Part shown: positions 22,789-34,535 of the stretch, one piece after another
Layout of the letters: every line of letters begins with the position of its first letter
Position numbering within the stretch: position 1 is the stretch's first letter
From: Hypanus sabinus
Taxonomy: Eukaryota
Reading direction: 5' to 3'
DNA length: 64,000 nt
Assembly: GCF_030144855.1 (NCBI RefSeq)
Contig: NC_082715.1
Span: 142,600,001-142,664,000 of the forward strand
The notes under the pieces: generated by a model
The model's input: only the letters and a program-made list of their open reading frames with translations
The model's database searches: none
Told to the model about the DNA's origin: nothing
Position numbers and translations under genes: made by a program

Positions 22789-25450
22789 TAAGCTCAACTT
22801 TCCAATCAGTTTTTAAGGGATGATTGTGTTGAATGCTGAACTGAAGTCTATGAACAGCATTCGAACATACGTGACTTTTTTGTCCAGGTGGGTTAGGGCC
22901 AGGTGGAGGGTGGTGGTAATGGCATCGTCTGTTGAGCAGTTGGGACGGTACACGAACAGGGGGTCCAGTAAGGTCTTGATATGTCTCATGACAAGCTTCT
23001 CGAAACACTTCATGATGATCGATAAAAGTGCAACAGGACGGTAGTCATTCAGGCAGGACACTGAAGACTTCTTTGGCACAGGGACGATGGTGGCGGCCTT
23101 GAAGCACGTTGGAACGGTGGCGCTGCTCAGGGCTCAGGGGCAGATTGTTTCCATCCACTGTGGCCAGGCAAAGATGTGAATGTGGAATGTACTAATAAAT
23201 TAAGTTCAGATTGCCAAGAAGGCTCTTACATAATATTATAATGTCTTCAGATAACTCGTCTGTTATGATGGTGTCATCTCTCATTGCTTCTCAACCATGG
23301 CCTTCTGAAGCACAGCACTGTGCCAGATGCTGTAAGTTGTATCTAAGGGGGATTAGAGTTTAGACAGAGGACTGAGCTGCCTATGATAAATTTCAAAGTT
23401 AAAAATATTTGTGTAATTGCTGGGCAATTTAATCTATCAAACCAGATGCCTGTGCGTGTGTGTTCGATGTATGTTGAGAGCAGCTTCTGGGATGTATTAC
23501 TCATTGTTTCAATTGTGACTTGGCAGGTGAGACACCTGCCTCCGCAATTGAAAAGGTGACGGAAATTGGTTTATTATTGTCATATGCACCAAGATCCAGT
23601 GACAAGCTTCGTGTTACATGGCATCTGCACAGATCATTTCACAACAGAAGCACATGGAGGTAGTGTGAAGGGAAGTACAATACCAGGGTGCAGAATAACG
23701 TGTTACAGTTATGGAGAAAGTGCAGAGTATGTAGAAAGAAAGGTGGAAGGCCAATGGTAAAGAATATTGTGAAGTCAAGAGTTCACCTTTCTCATTGCAG
23801 AGTCTGATAACAGCAGGACAAAACCTTGAGCCTGGCTGTGCAGGTTTGTATCTTCTAGCATGTGGAAGGGAATGTCTGGGTCGCTGGGATCTTTGATTAT
23901 GCTGGCTTCCTCTCTGGGAAGAATTTTCTACATAAAAGGCCAGATCTTTCCTTACCTTGTAACTATGAGCCATCATTTGAGACTCTCCTGGTTGAATCCT
24001 AGCTGATTCCTACCCGGAGTCAGCCACATGGCTGTAAACCTGAGATCAGCCAGATCAGTTAACAAGGTCCATCTCCTTTCCCAAAAGACATGGCAGTGGA
24101 GTGAAAGTCTTTCTTTGTGTAGTAGCAACCCAATAGTTTTGTGGTCCCCATTAGTGATCTGGCTCTTTACTTCTGTATTTAATTAATTAACTTAACCAGT
24201 TGCCAAGATGTAATTAGAACCCATGTATCAATTTCATCTGTCCAGCCCTCTCACTTTCGAATCCATTAATAGACTCAGTGTTCTCTTGGCACTTGAGACT
24301 CCTTTGCCTCAGTTTGTTCACCTTGAGTTAGTTTACAACCAAAGATAAATGAGCAATATTTCAAAGAATACAATAAAAGAGCATGCTGTATTCAAAACCA
24401 TGTGGCTGTATTCCATCAGTTCCAGCCATGGATCCACTCCACGGCTCTTTCATAAAACCTGGCACTCACCAAACAGTGTACAGTACTCGCAAAATCTCAA
24501 AAGTGGCTGCTATCTAGCAGAGTGTTTTGATGTCAGCTTCTGTCTGTGTAGAAAAACTTGTCCCTCATATCCCCTTCAAAGCTCCTTCCTCTCACCTTCA
24601 ACCTATGCCTTCACTGAATACCCTCAAGATGCTTTCCTCCTCCCTTTCGGAGTTCTGTAAGACCCTCACTCCCTACTCCTCCTCTGTGATCTCTGTGGTT
24701 CTCCTCTTTTTCCAATCCAGATGAAGAGTCCATTTCCTTCCGCAGATGCTGCCTGACAGGAAGCTCTCTGTGCATTGTTCCAGGCCCCAGCATCTGAGGT
24801 TTCTTCAATTGACATGTAAGAGTCGATCCTGTTGGTGAGTCTGGAGTCACATACAGTATATAGAGAAAGGGTGGCACGTTTGAGGAAAAATGAAAGTATG
24901 CGATGGAGCAAGGTTAACTATGTGGGACTGATAAGAAAACATTTGCAAAGGAACATAGAACATTACAGCACACTGCAGGCTCTTTGGACTACGATGTTGT
25001 GCCAACCTTTCAACTTACATGAAGATCAGTCTAACCCTCTCCTCCAACATAACCCTCCATTTTTCTTTTGTCCATGTCCCTACCCAAGAACCTCTTAAAT
25101 ATCTCTAATATGCCACCATCCCTGGCAGTGCGTTCCATGCACGCACCACTCTCTGTGTAAAAAAAACTTACCTCTGACATCTGCCCACACCTTCCTCCAA
25201 TCACCTTAAAATTATGCCCCCTCCAAAGGATAATCTTAATGTAAACCTCATTCAGCATTGTTTCATTGTATAGTTGGAATCTAGCCAGACTCACGTTCCT
25301 TAACATTGAACTATTCCATCTAGTCTATGCAACACAATTAAAAAGTCCAGTGCCTTGTGATCACTGCTGTGAATGACTTCTATCAAAATTCCAGATCTGC
25401 ACACTATTTAAGTAAGATTTAATTTCCCTCTCAGCTACCTCTGGTCATTA

Positions 25451-25684
25451 GCCAGCAGGTGGTGTAGTGGCATCTGCTATGGACTTTGAGACGACTGGTC
25501 CCAGGTTCAAATCCAGCCAGTTCCTTGACATTTGCCATCCATGCTGGGGTGAGGGTTGAGCTAGCAAATCGGCCTTGTAAAAAGCAGACAAAAATGTTAA
25601 AGGAATGGCAAGGTTGCCACCCAATGTACCACAAGCCATGGAGAATAATAATGATGATAATAATAATAATAATAATAATAATAA
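25451..25684 (+). mobile_element. tRNA-derived SINE with (AAT)n tail
   Basis: A box tggtgtagtgg, B box ggttcaaatcc, then a unique body and (aat)n at about 25644-25684. Confidence 0.65.
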
Positions 25685-25839
25685 CCTCAGGCTGCTGGAT
25701 CCAAGATTCTGGATCACTGAGCCACCACCTCTGGACTACGGAAGATGTGATCTCTGTGACTATGAAGGTGGAGGGCACATGGGGACACTAGCACTGATAG
25801 GAAAATGTATTGCTGTTCCTTTATTAATGCCAGGTCTAA

Positions 25840-26085
25840 ACCCTGACAAGAGTTTGTACCTTCTCCCTGTGACTGTGCGGGTTTCCTCTAGGTGCTCCGG
25901 TTTCCTCCCACATTCCAAAGACGCACGGTTAGGGTTGGGGGCATGCTACGTTGGGGCCGGAAGTGTGTGACACTTGTGGGCTGCCCCCAGCACTATCCAC
26001 ACTGATTTAATTTGACAGAAATGATGCACTTCACTGTGCATTTCGATATCTCGATGTGCATGTGGCAAATAATGCTTATCTTTGA
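25840..26085 (+). mobile_element. V-domain SINE with Rex-like tail
   Basis: gtgcgggtttcctctaggtgctccggtttcctcccacattccaaagacg...gcatgtggcaaataatgc. Confidence 0.7.
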
Positions 26086-27631
26086 TCAATAAGCCCTGGA
26101 ACTCCTTCCCCAACAACGTTGTGAGAGCACCTTCACCAGCAGTATTGCAACAGTTCAAGTAGGCACTTCATCTCTATCTTGTCAAGAGCAGCTATAACTG
26201 GGCACTAAACAGCAACCTTGTCAGCAATGTACGATTCCCAAAACACGATGAAAGCAAAATATTTTAATGTAGATGGCTCTCATGTCAGGAGGTTGGATGT
26301 AATTGGTCCCTGGTGGCCCCTTGATGGAGCTAGAGGTTCTTTGGGATTCCCACAAGTTAAAGAGGATACTGATAATACCAGCCTCCTGGAGGAATCAGTG
26401 GGGTGTCTGGGGCAGTTTCCCACAGGTTTCTCACCCCTCATTCCACCACCCCTTCTGTCTAAATCCTGGCATCACTGTGCTGCAGAGGCAGGAAGAAGAT
26501 GGAATTTGTTTGAGCCTTTAAATCTCAGAATGTCCCAAAGAGTTTTACGGTCAGTAAGATGCTGTAGTTAGTGCATGAACCATGACAATTTCAACATTAT
26601 GGTTTGCTGAGATCTTTTACGTCTGCAAAATAACACTGGATTTAAAGAAGGGGAAGTTGGGGGAGCACACAACCTGTCCTCGATGATGACTTGACAACGG
26701 AAAGGGTAAGCAGCTTCCGGTCGCTGGGTGCCAGATACCCCAGAGGATCTGTCCTGGGCCAGTGAATTAATGCAATCACAAAGAAGGTAGGCCAACAGCT
26801 TGAGGTCATTAGGACCCTTCCACATTTCTCTGGATGTAGAGTGCAGAACATCCTCACTGGTTACGTACAATGCACAGGATCAAAAGGGGCTGCGGATGGT
26901 TGTGGACAGTTCCATCATGGGCACAACTGTCCCTGCCATTGGGGACATCATCAAAAGTCCGTGCCTCATTAATGACCCTTATCATTCAGGGCATTACTAT
27001 TCTTGCATTGCTATCATCAGGGAGCCTGAAGACACACACTCAACATGTTAAGGGCAGCTCCTGCCCGTCTGCTATCAGATTCCAGAACAGTCCATGAACC
27101 CAAGAACACAAACTCATTATTTGTTTTTTGCAATGTTTATTTATTTTATAACTTATAGTAATGTTTATGTCATGCACTGTACTGCTGCCACAGAACAGCA
27201 CATCTCATGATGTATGCCACTGACAACACATCTGGTTCTGAGTTATTCTCAGCCTGACTCTGTGATACTTCTGCAGTACCCTGTGGGGTTCCTGCTGCCA
27301 CTATTTGAATCCATACATTTTGAATGGGAGTGCAGGGGAGGGTTACAGGCAGCTTCAACAACTAGGGAAATGGACATCAACTCAGGAAACAGGAACCAGC
27401 AGGGGTTTATGGAGCGAGTGGAAACACAAGGGACTGCAGATCCTGGACTCTGAAGCAACTGACAATCTGCTGGATGTCCAGTTTTGACCAGAATCAAAAC
27501 TCCAAAAAAAATGTTCTATGGCAGCAGTACAGTATAATACATTTTAAAAATTATAAGGTACAATGAGAATTTATTTTAAATGCAAATAGAAATTTAATAA
27601 AATGAGGCAGAGTTCATGGACCATTCAGAAG

Positions 27632-28390
27632 TCAATAGACAATGTTCAATAGACAATAGGTGTAGGCCATTCGACCCTTCGAGCCAGCACCGCCATTCAA
27701 TGTGATCATGGCTGATCATCCACAATCAGTACCCCGTTCCTGCCTTCTCCCCATATCCTTGACTCAGATATCTTTAATTGCTCTATCTAACTCTTTCTTG
27801 AAAGCATCCAGAGAATTGGCCTCCACTGCCTTCTGGGGCAGAGCGTTCCACAGATCCACAACTCTCTGGGTGAAAAAGTTTTTCCTCAACTCCGTTCTAA
27901 ATGGCCTGCCCCTTATTCTTAAACTGTGGCCTCTGGTTCTGGACTCCCTTATATATGGTCATCCAGTAAGGAAGGGGGCATGGAGGGATGAGGATGTCCC
28001 AGTCAACTTGCTCCTGGGGCTGGCGAAATCCGCCATCCGTGGGTCTTGGAAACGGGTGGCGGGAGGATCTCCCCGGGCAGACTGCCTGGCAATGTTTAGC
28101 GGGTATGTTCGTGCCTGGGTAACTATTGAAAAAGAACACATGCAGTCCACAGCGGCCTTGGAGGAGTTTCGAGACCGTTGGGCTCCGCGGGGTGTAAATG
28201 CCATCGTGGATAGGGATGGCAACATTCTGGTGTAATGTCTATTGTCTATTTGTAGTGCAGTAATTGTGTTTGCCACTGTTTTGTATATATTGTATAGCAC
28301 CGATATTTGTAATAAAGGATTTTGTAATAAAAAAAAACATCGGGAACATGTTTCCTGCCTCTAGCGTGTCCAATCCCTTAATCTTACATG
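27632..28390 (-). mobile_element. CR1 LINE 3' end, host of a Tx1 insertion
   Basis: (caataga)n tail and same subfamily as 34536-36898; sequence continues across 27949-28337 (ggactccc...aacatcgggaacatg). Confidence 0.85.
27949..28337 (+). mobile_element. Tx1-type 3' end with poly(A), near-identical to 934-1383
   Basis: IYGHPVRKGAWRDED...FRDRWAPRGVNAIVDRDGNILV*, same 3' UTR, A tract at 28329-28337. Confidence 0.82.
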
Positions 28391-28934
28391 TTTCAAGTTG
28401 GATGGCAGAGGCAAAGAAGCTGCTCCTAAAACATTGAGGGTACATCTTCAGGCTCCTGTCCCTCCTCTCTGAGGGTGGTAATGAGAAGAGGGTTTTGACC
28501 CAAAGCTTCAACAGCTTTTTTCCTCCACAAATGCTGCTCAACCCATTGAGTTCTTCCAGCAGATTATTTGTTAATAATCAAGCGGTTGAACATGCAGACA
28601 CCTCCAAGTGTAATGAAATTATTCACTGTGGAGAGAAACCACACAGCCCATTGTGACCAGCCTTTGCAACGACGCACCAATTGCTCTCCATGTACGTTGC
28701 TGAGATGAAACATTAGCACTTTGTTCCTCTCTCCTCAGATGCTTCCTGACCCGCCGCGTGTTTCTGACATTTTCTGGTTTTATTTTATTTTCAGATTTAT
28801 ATAATAAATTCTACAGTTGTTTTTTTTTTCCTGCAATTAGTTTCATTCTGCTGCTTTTACATTTAACCTTGAAACTCTTCTACACATATTCACCAGGTTA
28901 TTTATTGGTGAACTAGGATGATGGACTCACAACC

Positions 28935-29655
28935 TTCTTGACACCAGCACAGCAGTGGAAACTGCGGGCAGTTTCAAGCTCCGTCATCTCACGGTCCCAG
29001 AACACACAGGGCAGCTCACCAACACCCGCACTTTCTGAGGAGGCTGAAGCGAGCTGGCCCTTGCACATCTGTACTCACATCACTCGAGAGAATATCCGAG
29101 CACGCTGTATCGCTGCATGGCACAGGAAACCGCACAGTTCTATGACGGGTAGTCAAGACTTCCCAGCACATCACTGACAACAGCCTGCCAGCCATCAAGA
29201 ACACATATACAGAAAGGTGCCAGAAAAGGGCCAGTAATATCATAAGGATCCCACCCACCCTGCTCATGGACTGTTGGTCCCACGCCCATCAGGGAGGAGG
29301 CTATGTAGCATCTACACCAGGACCGCCAGACTCAAAACTCGTTGCTTTCCCCAAGCAGTGAGGTTGATCAACACCTCCACCCACTAACCCACCCCTCCAC
29401 CCCCCCAAACACCACTACTTTATCATTTCCTGTCAGTCACCTTATGTACAGACGCTGTCACATTATGCCACTTTCTGGAGGTAAAATCAATCTATGTACA
29501 TAAGCTATCTTACATGTTTATATTTATCGTGTGTTTTTATCATTATTGTGTTATCTATCTTATTGTATTTGTATATGCTGCATCGGATCCGGAGTAACAG
29601 TTATTGTCTTCTCCTTTACACTTGTGAACTGGAAATTACAGTAACCAATCTTCAA
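28935..29655 (+). mobile_element. Rex1/Babar LINE 3' fragment
   Basis: Frameshifted QHPHFLRRLKRA...CIAAW...IIRIPPTL...PSGRR...FPQAVRLIN followed by an AT-rich 3' UTR. Confidence 0.75.
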
Positions 29656-30007
29656 ACTCTTCTCCTCTATACATTTACCAAATTCTTTATCGCTGAATTT
29701 GGATGAAAGCCCCACCCGTTCCGTTGAACCTCAGGTCCAGAAATGGCCCTGGGAACGGGTGCAGGCCGTGAGAGGAGGCGATGAGTCCAGGCAGACAGCC
29801 CCTCACCCCGTGCTCTTGTGGAACTGAACCCCTCGCCTGTCCCTGGCCGATTCTCTTTGAGACAGAATTACCCGGTCACTACCTGATTGATCTTGTTTCA
29901 ATGTGGCCACTCACACCTCAGTCTGGTCCCCATTTCGAAATGTTCCGGGTTCTGCCCCGAGAGGGGAAACCACTTCCGTGTCTCGGTGAAGTACAAGAGG
30001 TTCGGCA

Positions 30008-30355
30008 GGTGCTGGAAATCCGGAGTAACACACACAAAACGCTGCGGCAAACCGGCAGGTCAGGCAGCGTCTATGGAGAGAAGCCCTCCGTGTCCTGGGT
30101 CCTTCGCCCTCACTTTCCCAGTTCTGCCGAAGGGTCGACTGTGCATTGCTCTCCACAGACTGCCGTTTGACCAACATTTGTGTGTTACAAACGGGAGATG
30201 CTGGAAATCCGAGCAAACCCGCGAAGTGCTGGAGGAACTCAGCGGGCCGGGGAAAGCGTACAGTCGACGTTTCGGGCCGACACCCTTCAACAGAACTGAT
30301 TGAAACGTCGATTGCACTCTTTTCCAAAGCAGCTGCCGAATTCCTCCAGCTTGCT
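30008..30355. mobile_element. Cluster of four alternating-orientation Penelope-tail/hammerhead fragments
   Basis: Minus about 30008-30110, plus about 30119-30188, minus about 30195-30298 (hammerhead motif 30261-30298), plus about 30302-30355. Confidence 0.7.
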
Positions 30356-31879
30356 TTCTGTCCGTGTCACTGCGTGTTTCTCTCTTTACCCCACAGCTCT
30401 GCCGCCGTTATTAGAGATAGGTACGATATGGGGGATTATTGGGCGGTGAATAGAGACAGAAAATTAAACATTTTATTTTGGTGATGGAGAAGGGGAGACG
30501 GATGAGCGGTTGGAAGGTGATCCGCTTTAAGCGGCGTGGCTGTGCTTACAACGCCTGCGTGCTGGCTGAGAGCGGAGAGGGGGTTGCGTTTAAATTCAGA
30601 CTCCAGATAACAGGAGGAGAAGAGAGGGGCAGGAGCGAGGATAGAGAGAGAGAAAAAAAACAATAATGTATAGTTCATCTGCCGGTTGGCCTATACTTGT
30701 CACCTTAAATTTCAAAATTAGCCTTAATGCTGCGCCTCTTCATGAGAATTGAGACCCAAAGCCCTTTGAGGTTGGGAGCGCGGAGTTCTTGCTACCCGAG
30801 TTGGTGTGATTGTACGTGGAGTTAGTGCCTGGCTTCCACCCCTCCTCGGTAGAGAAGAGGGGAGAACACCGCGGGAGAAGAGAGCCGAACATCCCGAGGC
30901 TGCGGCGACGCCGGGGTTCCTTCCGATGCGGCTCCCTGTCCCACCGAGCAGGTAGGAGAGGCGGACTGCTGGTCCGGCCGATCCCAGACCCGTGCCAGGT
31001 AGAGAGGGGCAGCCGCCCCCGTGAGCTGAGGGGCAAATTAAATTCGCCGGGTGGAGCGACATTCCGCGTTGCGAAACCCACTCTCGTTTCGATCGTCTCT
31101 CAGGTTAATGTCCCCCTTCCCGCCCGTACTCAGTCCAGCGCAGGCAACCCGAAATGTGTGAATACTTATTGGAGACGGGCTTTTCCTTCTCAGTTCTCTC
31201 CAACTATGTGCTACTTTTAACTTTGTTCTTTTGGAGGAAATCGAAAGATTTGCTCTTTATTTACAGCAGTGTCTTTTTTGCTGGAAACTCCGCCTGTTCC
31301 GTGGGTGCTCCCGCGGGATATATTGAATGGGTGCTGCAGTTAGAATGGACGGCGTGGCTCAGTCCCCGGCCAATGGGTTAGGGTGGGAGAGGGGAGAGAG
31401 GGTAAAAGGCACGGTGGTTGGCGGACGACGGGCTGAACGCGCCTGTGGTGGAGGAATGCAGATAGTCTGAGTCTTGGGGAGGGAGCAACGTATGACGGGG
31501 AGGGGGTCCATAAAGCGTGGGTATGTTATTTTTTGCAACACGAGTTCAGATGCAGCAAACCTTACATCTTGGCTAAACACGCGGGGAAAGCGTTTTACTT
31601 TCCAACTTAATTGTGAATAAACATCTCTGGTTTAAGGTGCAGGAGCCTTGTTATAATTAAACAATACTCTGGGATGCAACAGCGCGTAAAACAGGCTGTC
31701 TGTCAGTTAATCTGTCATTACAGAGGGCCGGAGAGTCCGATTAAAAACTTGGAACAAATGAGAATCCTCGCTGACACTTTTTGACATCTGCATTGTCAAA
31801 CATTTCATACTCTGACTTTTAAATATATATATTCACAAGTACAGTGGCACACATTCAGTGATTATAAAGTGGCGCGTGT

Positions 31880-31936
31880 ACACACACACACACACACACA
31901 TTTCTGTGCTGTGTCTGGGATTTTTTTTCTCAATGC

Positions 31937-31988
<52 letters not shown>

Positions 31989-32010
31989 GAGAGAAAGACA
32001 GAGAGAGAGA
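31880..32010. repeat. (CA)n and (GA)n microsatellites
   Basis: Direct reading of 31880-31900 and about 31938-32010. Confidence 0.95.
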
Positions 32011-33689
32011 ATCGCCGCTGCATCTTCTTGTACTTTGCGAAATAAGCTGCTTGTAATTATGAATGGCGTCGCTTTTTCTCGCGAATAACGCTCTGGGCGA
32101 GACTGCACTCTCTCCTAATAGCCCGTGAAATGCAACATTTTAAACCGGGGCACGTTTTAATTTTACGGCGAATTTGAGACTGCGAGCCTTTGATCGGGAT
32201 CTCCCCGCAGTTGCTTTTCTAGACGTATTGCTGGGGACTGGTAATTAAACGGTTGTTATTTCCTCCCGCGCAATTAACAAAGCTTGTAATCAGGAGGGGC
32301 GTAATTATTTGAAAGAGTTAAGTATTGCAATTCCGGGCTGGGACGTGGGTTTGAACGTCTCAGTGAGGACCGTGTACCGTTTACAGCGGTTGACGGCGGG
32401 GTTCCCCAATACAACAGAACTGAGGTTGTTTGTGTGATGAGGAGGTTTCAGAGAGCGGGCTGCACCTGAGAAATGCCTTTCGCTCAGAAGTGACATATGA
32501 AGGAATTGGTACCGCGGGATGTTTGCTGTCCATTTTAGAGAGATTTCAAGGGCTCGGTTTACCAAGCCCTCCCTCCGGAGGCAGATGCTTCGACGGCGTT
32601 TCCCTCCCCTTCCAGAGGGTCAGCCTGAAGCGGGACCGAAACTCGCAGGGTTTGAAGGCAACCGTGCCGAACGCCGCAGTCTCGCAGCAATCCGGTTCAT
32701 CCCACGTCCTTAACTCTTCCCCTGCCGCCTGCAAATCTGCGTTTTCTTTAGTTATTCCAGTTCCCTCCGTGAAAGTTGGATTGAATGTGCGTCCGCGGCC
32801 CCTTCCGTTTACAACATGAAACTTAATGCTAGAACGGTTTCAGCAAAGAACGGCATGCTTGCGAGCCGTCAATCCAATTGCCCCCTGACTGACCCGATCC
32901 TCCACCCGTGGACAGTTAAAGACAATTCTGCTCTGCTTCAGACCCCTTTGGTCGGAATGGAGGGTTTGCTTTGTTTAGAGTTCAAGGTTAATGGACGAAC
33001 TCCTGCGATCCCGAGAAGATGCTGTTGGAGCAGGCTGGAGCCGTTTGTAAACCCGGAGTAGACCAGTAGTACATTCGCTTCCCAACAGGGCATTTGCTTT
33101 TCCAGTGACTGGCTTGGTGATGTGATCCCTTTCACTTCCACGGGCTCTTGTTTCTAAACTGGAACTGAATTCCGTTTCACAACGTATTCGGGTCGGGATA
33201 TGGCGTCATGAAGCACAGAAATGGGCCCCTCGGCCCTCCGTGTCCTTGGTGAACAAGGTGTCTGCCTGCATTCGGCTCCTCATCTCTAAACCTTCCCTAT
33301 CCATGGTAACTGTCAAAATGCCCCCTAACTATTGCACTTGCACCTGACTCTGCAGCTTGTTCCATACACCCACCACACTGTGCTTAAAACGTTACCCCTC
33401 GGGTCCCTTGCAATCTTTCCCCTCGTACCCGCTCCAGTTTTGCATTCCACTCCCTTAGCCTGGTGGAAAAAGACCATGACCTTTCAACTCACCTCTGCCT
33501 CTCATGACGTTAGAAGCTTCCAGAACACAGGGGTGGGTGGAGCCCAGCCTCATTACTCAATCCTCCAGTTCCAGGAACATCATCTTGCCCTTGAGATTAC
33601 CAGCTGGGTCTCTATATCTCCACTGTTCCCTCAGTCTGACAAGATGCACATCCACCAGAAACCACAACTGATTGCCCCACTGGTGCAAA

Positions 33690-34025
33690 TCCTCTTCTTT
33701 CTCTCATGGTCTACTCTACTCTGCTATCAGATTTTTCCTTTTACGTCTTCCACCTATCCCTCCCGACTTCGTATTTCATCCCCCCATCCTTCACCCACCC
33801 ACCCCTCACCTGTCTTCATCTATCACCTGCCAGTTTGTACTCCTTCCCCTCCCCCGCCTTTTTATTCAGACTTTTGCCCCCTTCCTTCCAGTCCTGATGA
33901 AGAATCTTGGCCTGGAACATTGACTGCCTATCCCCCTCCATCGGTGCTGCCTGACCTGTTTAGTGCCTGCAGCATTTTAAGGATGTTGCTCTGGATTTGC
34001 AGCATCTGCAGAATCTCTTGTGTGT
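33690..34025 (+). mobile_element. Penelope-like 3' region with decayed hammerhead
   Basis: Pyrimidine-rich UTR, cagtcctgatgaagaatcttggcctggaacattgactg (33889-33926), tail gcatctgcagaatctcttgtgtg. Confidence 0.75.
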
Positions 34026-34426
34026 ACAATTGCCCCACTGTGGCTGTCACCTTTGCCCTGGGTTCCAAACCTCCTCCAGGGGTACTCTTCCGTCACCAGA
34101 TTCCAGCCTCACAAGCGTGCAAAACCCTGGGTGGAGCAGGAGATACTTTGCTCATTGGCCCTGGAGTTCGCAATGTTAGAAAAGAGGTCAACACCTCATC
34201 GTCTCCTTTTATAAATAACATAACGACTTTGCACTGACAACCTGAGGCCAGGCAGCAATGATATATTGCATTTTGGTATGAATCATCCAAGCTTGGCTGT
34301 TTCTGAGCAAGCATATGACATGGGAGCAGAATTAGACCATTCGACTCATTGGGTCTGTTCTGTCGTTCCATCATGGCTGATTTATTATCCCTCTCAACCC
34401 CATTCTCCCTGTAACCTTTGATGCCC

Positions 34427-34518
34427 TGGTTACAGGAATGGAGGGTGTTTGTCTCTGAGTCCACACTGTGAATGGTTACAGCAATGGAGGGTGTTTGTCT
34501 CTGAGTCCACACTGTGAA
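34427..34518. repeat. 46-bp tandem duplication
   Basis: tggttaca(g/gc)aatggagggtgtttgtctctgagtccacactgtgaa-type unit twice, one mismatch. Confidence 0.9.
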
Positions 34519-34535
34519 GATATTGGCTGGCCATT

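Larger units (their letters stand above)
20750..23130 (-). mobile_element. Rex1/Babar LINE (RT plus 3' end), interrupted by Penelope-like and CR1 insertions
   Basis: ORFs 22813-23079 (LNDYRPVAL...[15 protein letters not shown]), 21822-22268 (IIKFADD) and 21551-21745; (caagt)n tail at 20750-20766. Confidence 0.9.
29700..33240. promoter_or_regulatory. CpG island, putative promoter or 5' regulatory region
   Basis: Dense CpGs against a CpG-depleted background; no recognisable TE from about 30360 to 33200; GC box near 30441 and CCAAT at 31370-31374; gene identity and strand not determinable. Confidence 0.7.

Noticed and set aside
25451-25525. tRNA gene
   Set aside because: A and B boxes are present but no convincing cloverleaf; continues into a SINE body and (AAT)n tail
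27702-28235. 177-aa ORF joining CR1 antisense to a Tx1 C-terminus
   Set aside because: Chance in-frame junction from a nested insertion; no evidence of a promoter or selection
28236-28250. Tx1 3' UTR contains tgtctattgtctatt, like the CR1 (ctattgt)n tail
   Set aside because: Only two units of a low-complexity heptamer; coincidence cannot be excluded
30724-31220. ORFs in the CpG island as a first coding exon
   Set aside because: Overlapping Arg/Gly/Pro-rich ORFs on both strands are expected from GC content; no recognisable protein
33332-34237. 301-aa ORF beside the CpG island
   Set aside because: Runs through CR1 antisense and pyrimidine-rich Penelope UTR sequence; non-ATG start and no domain
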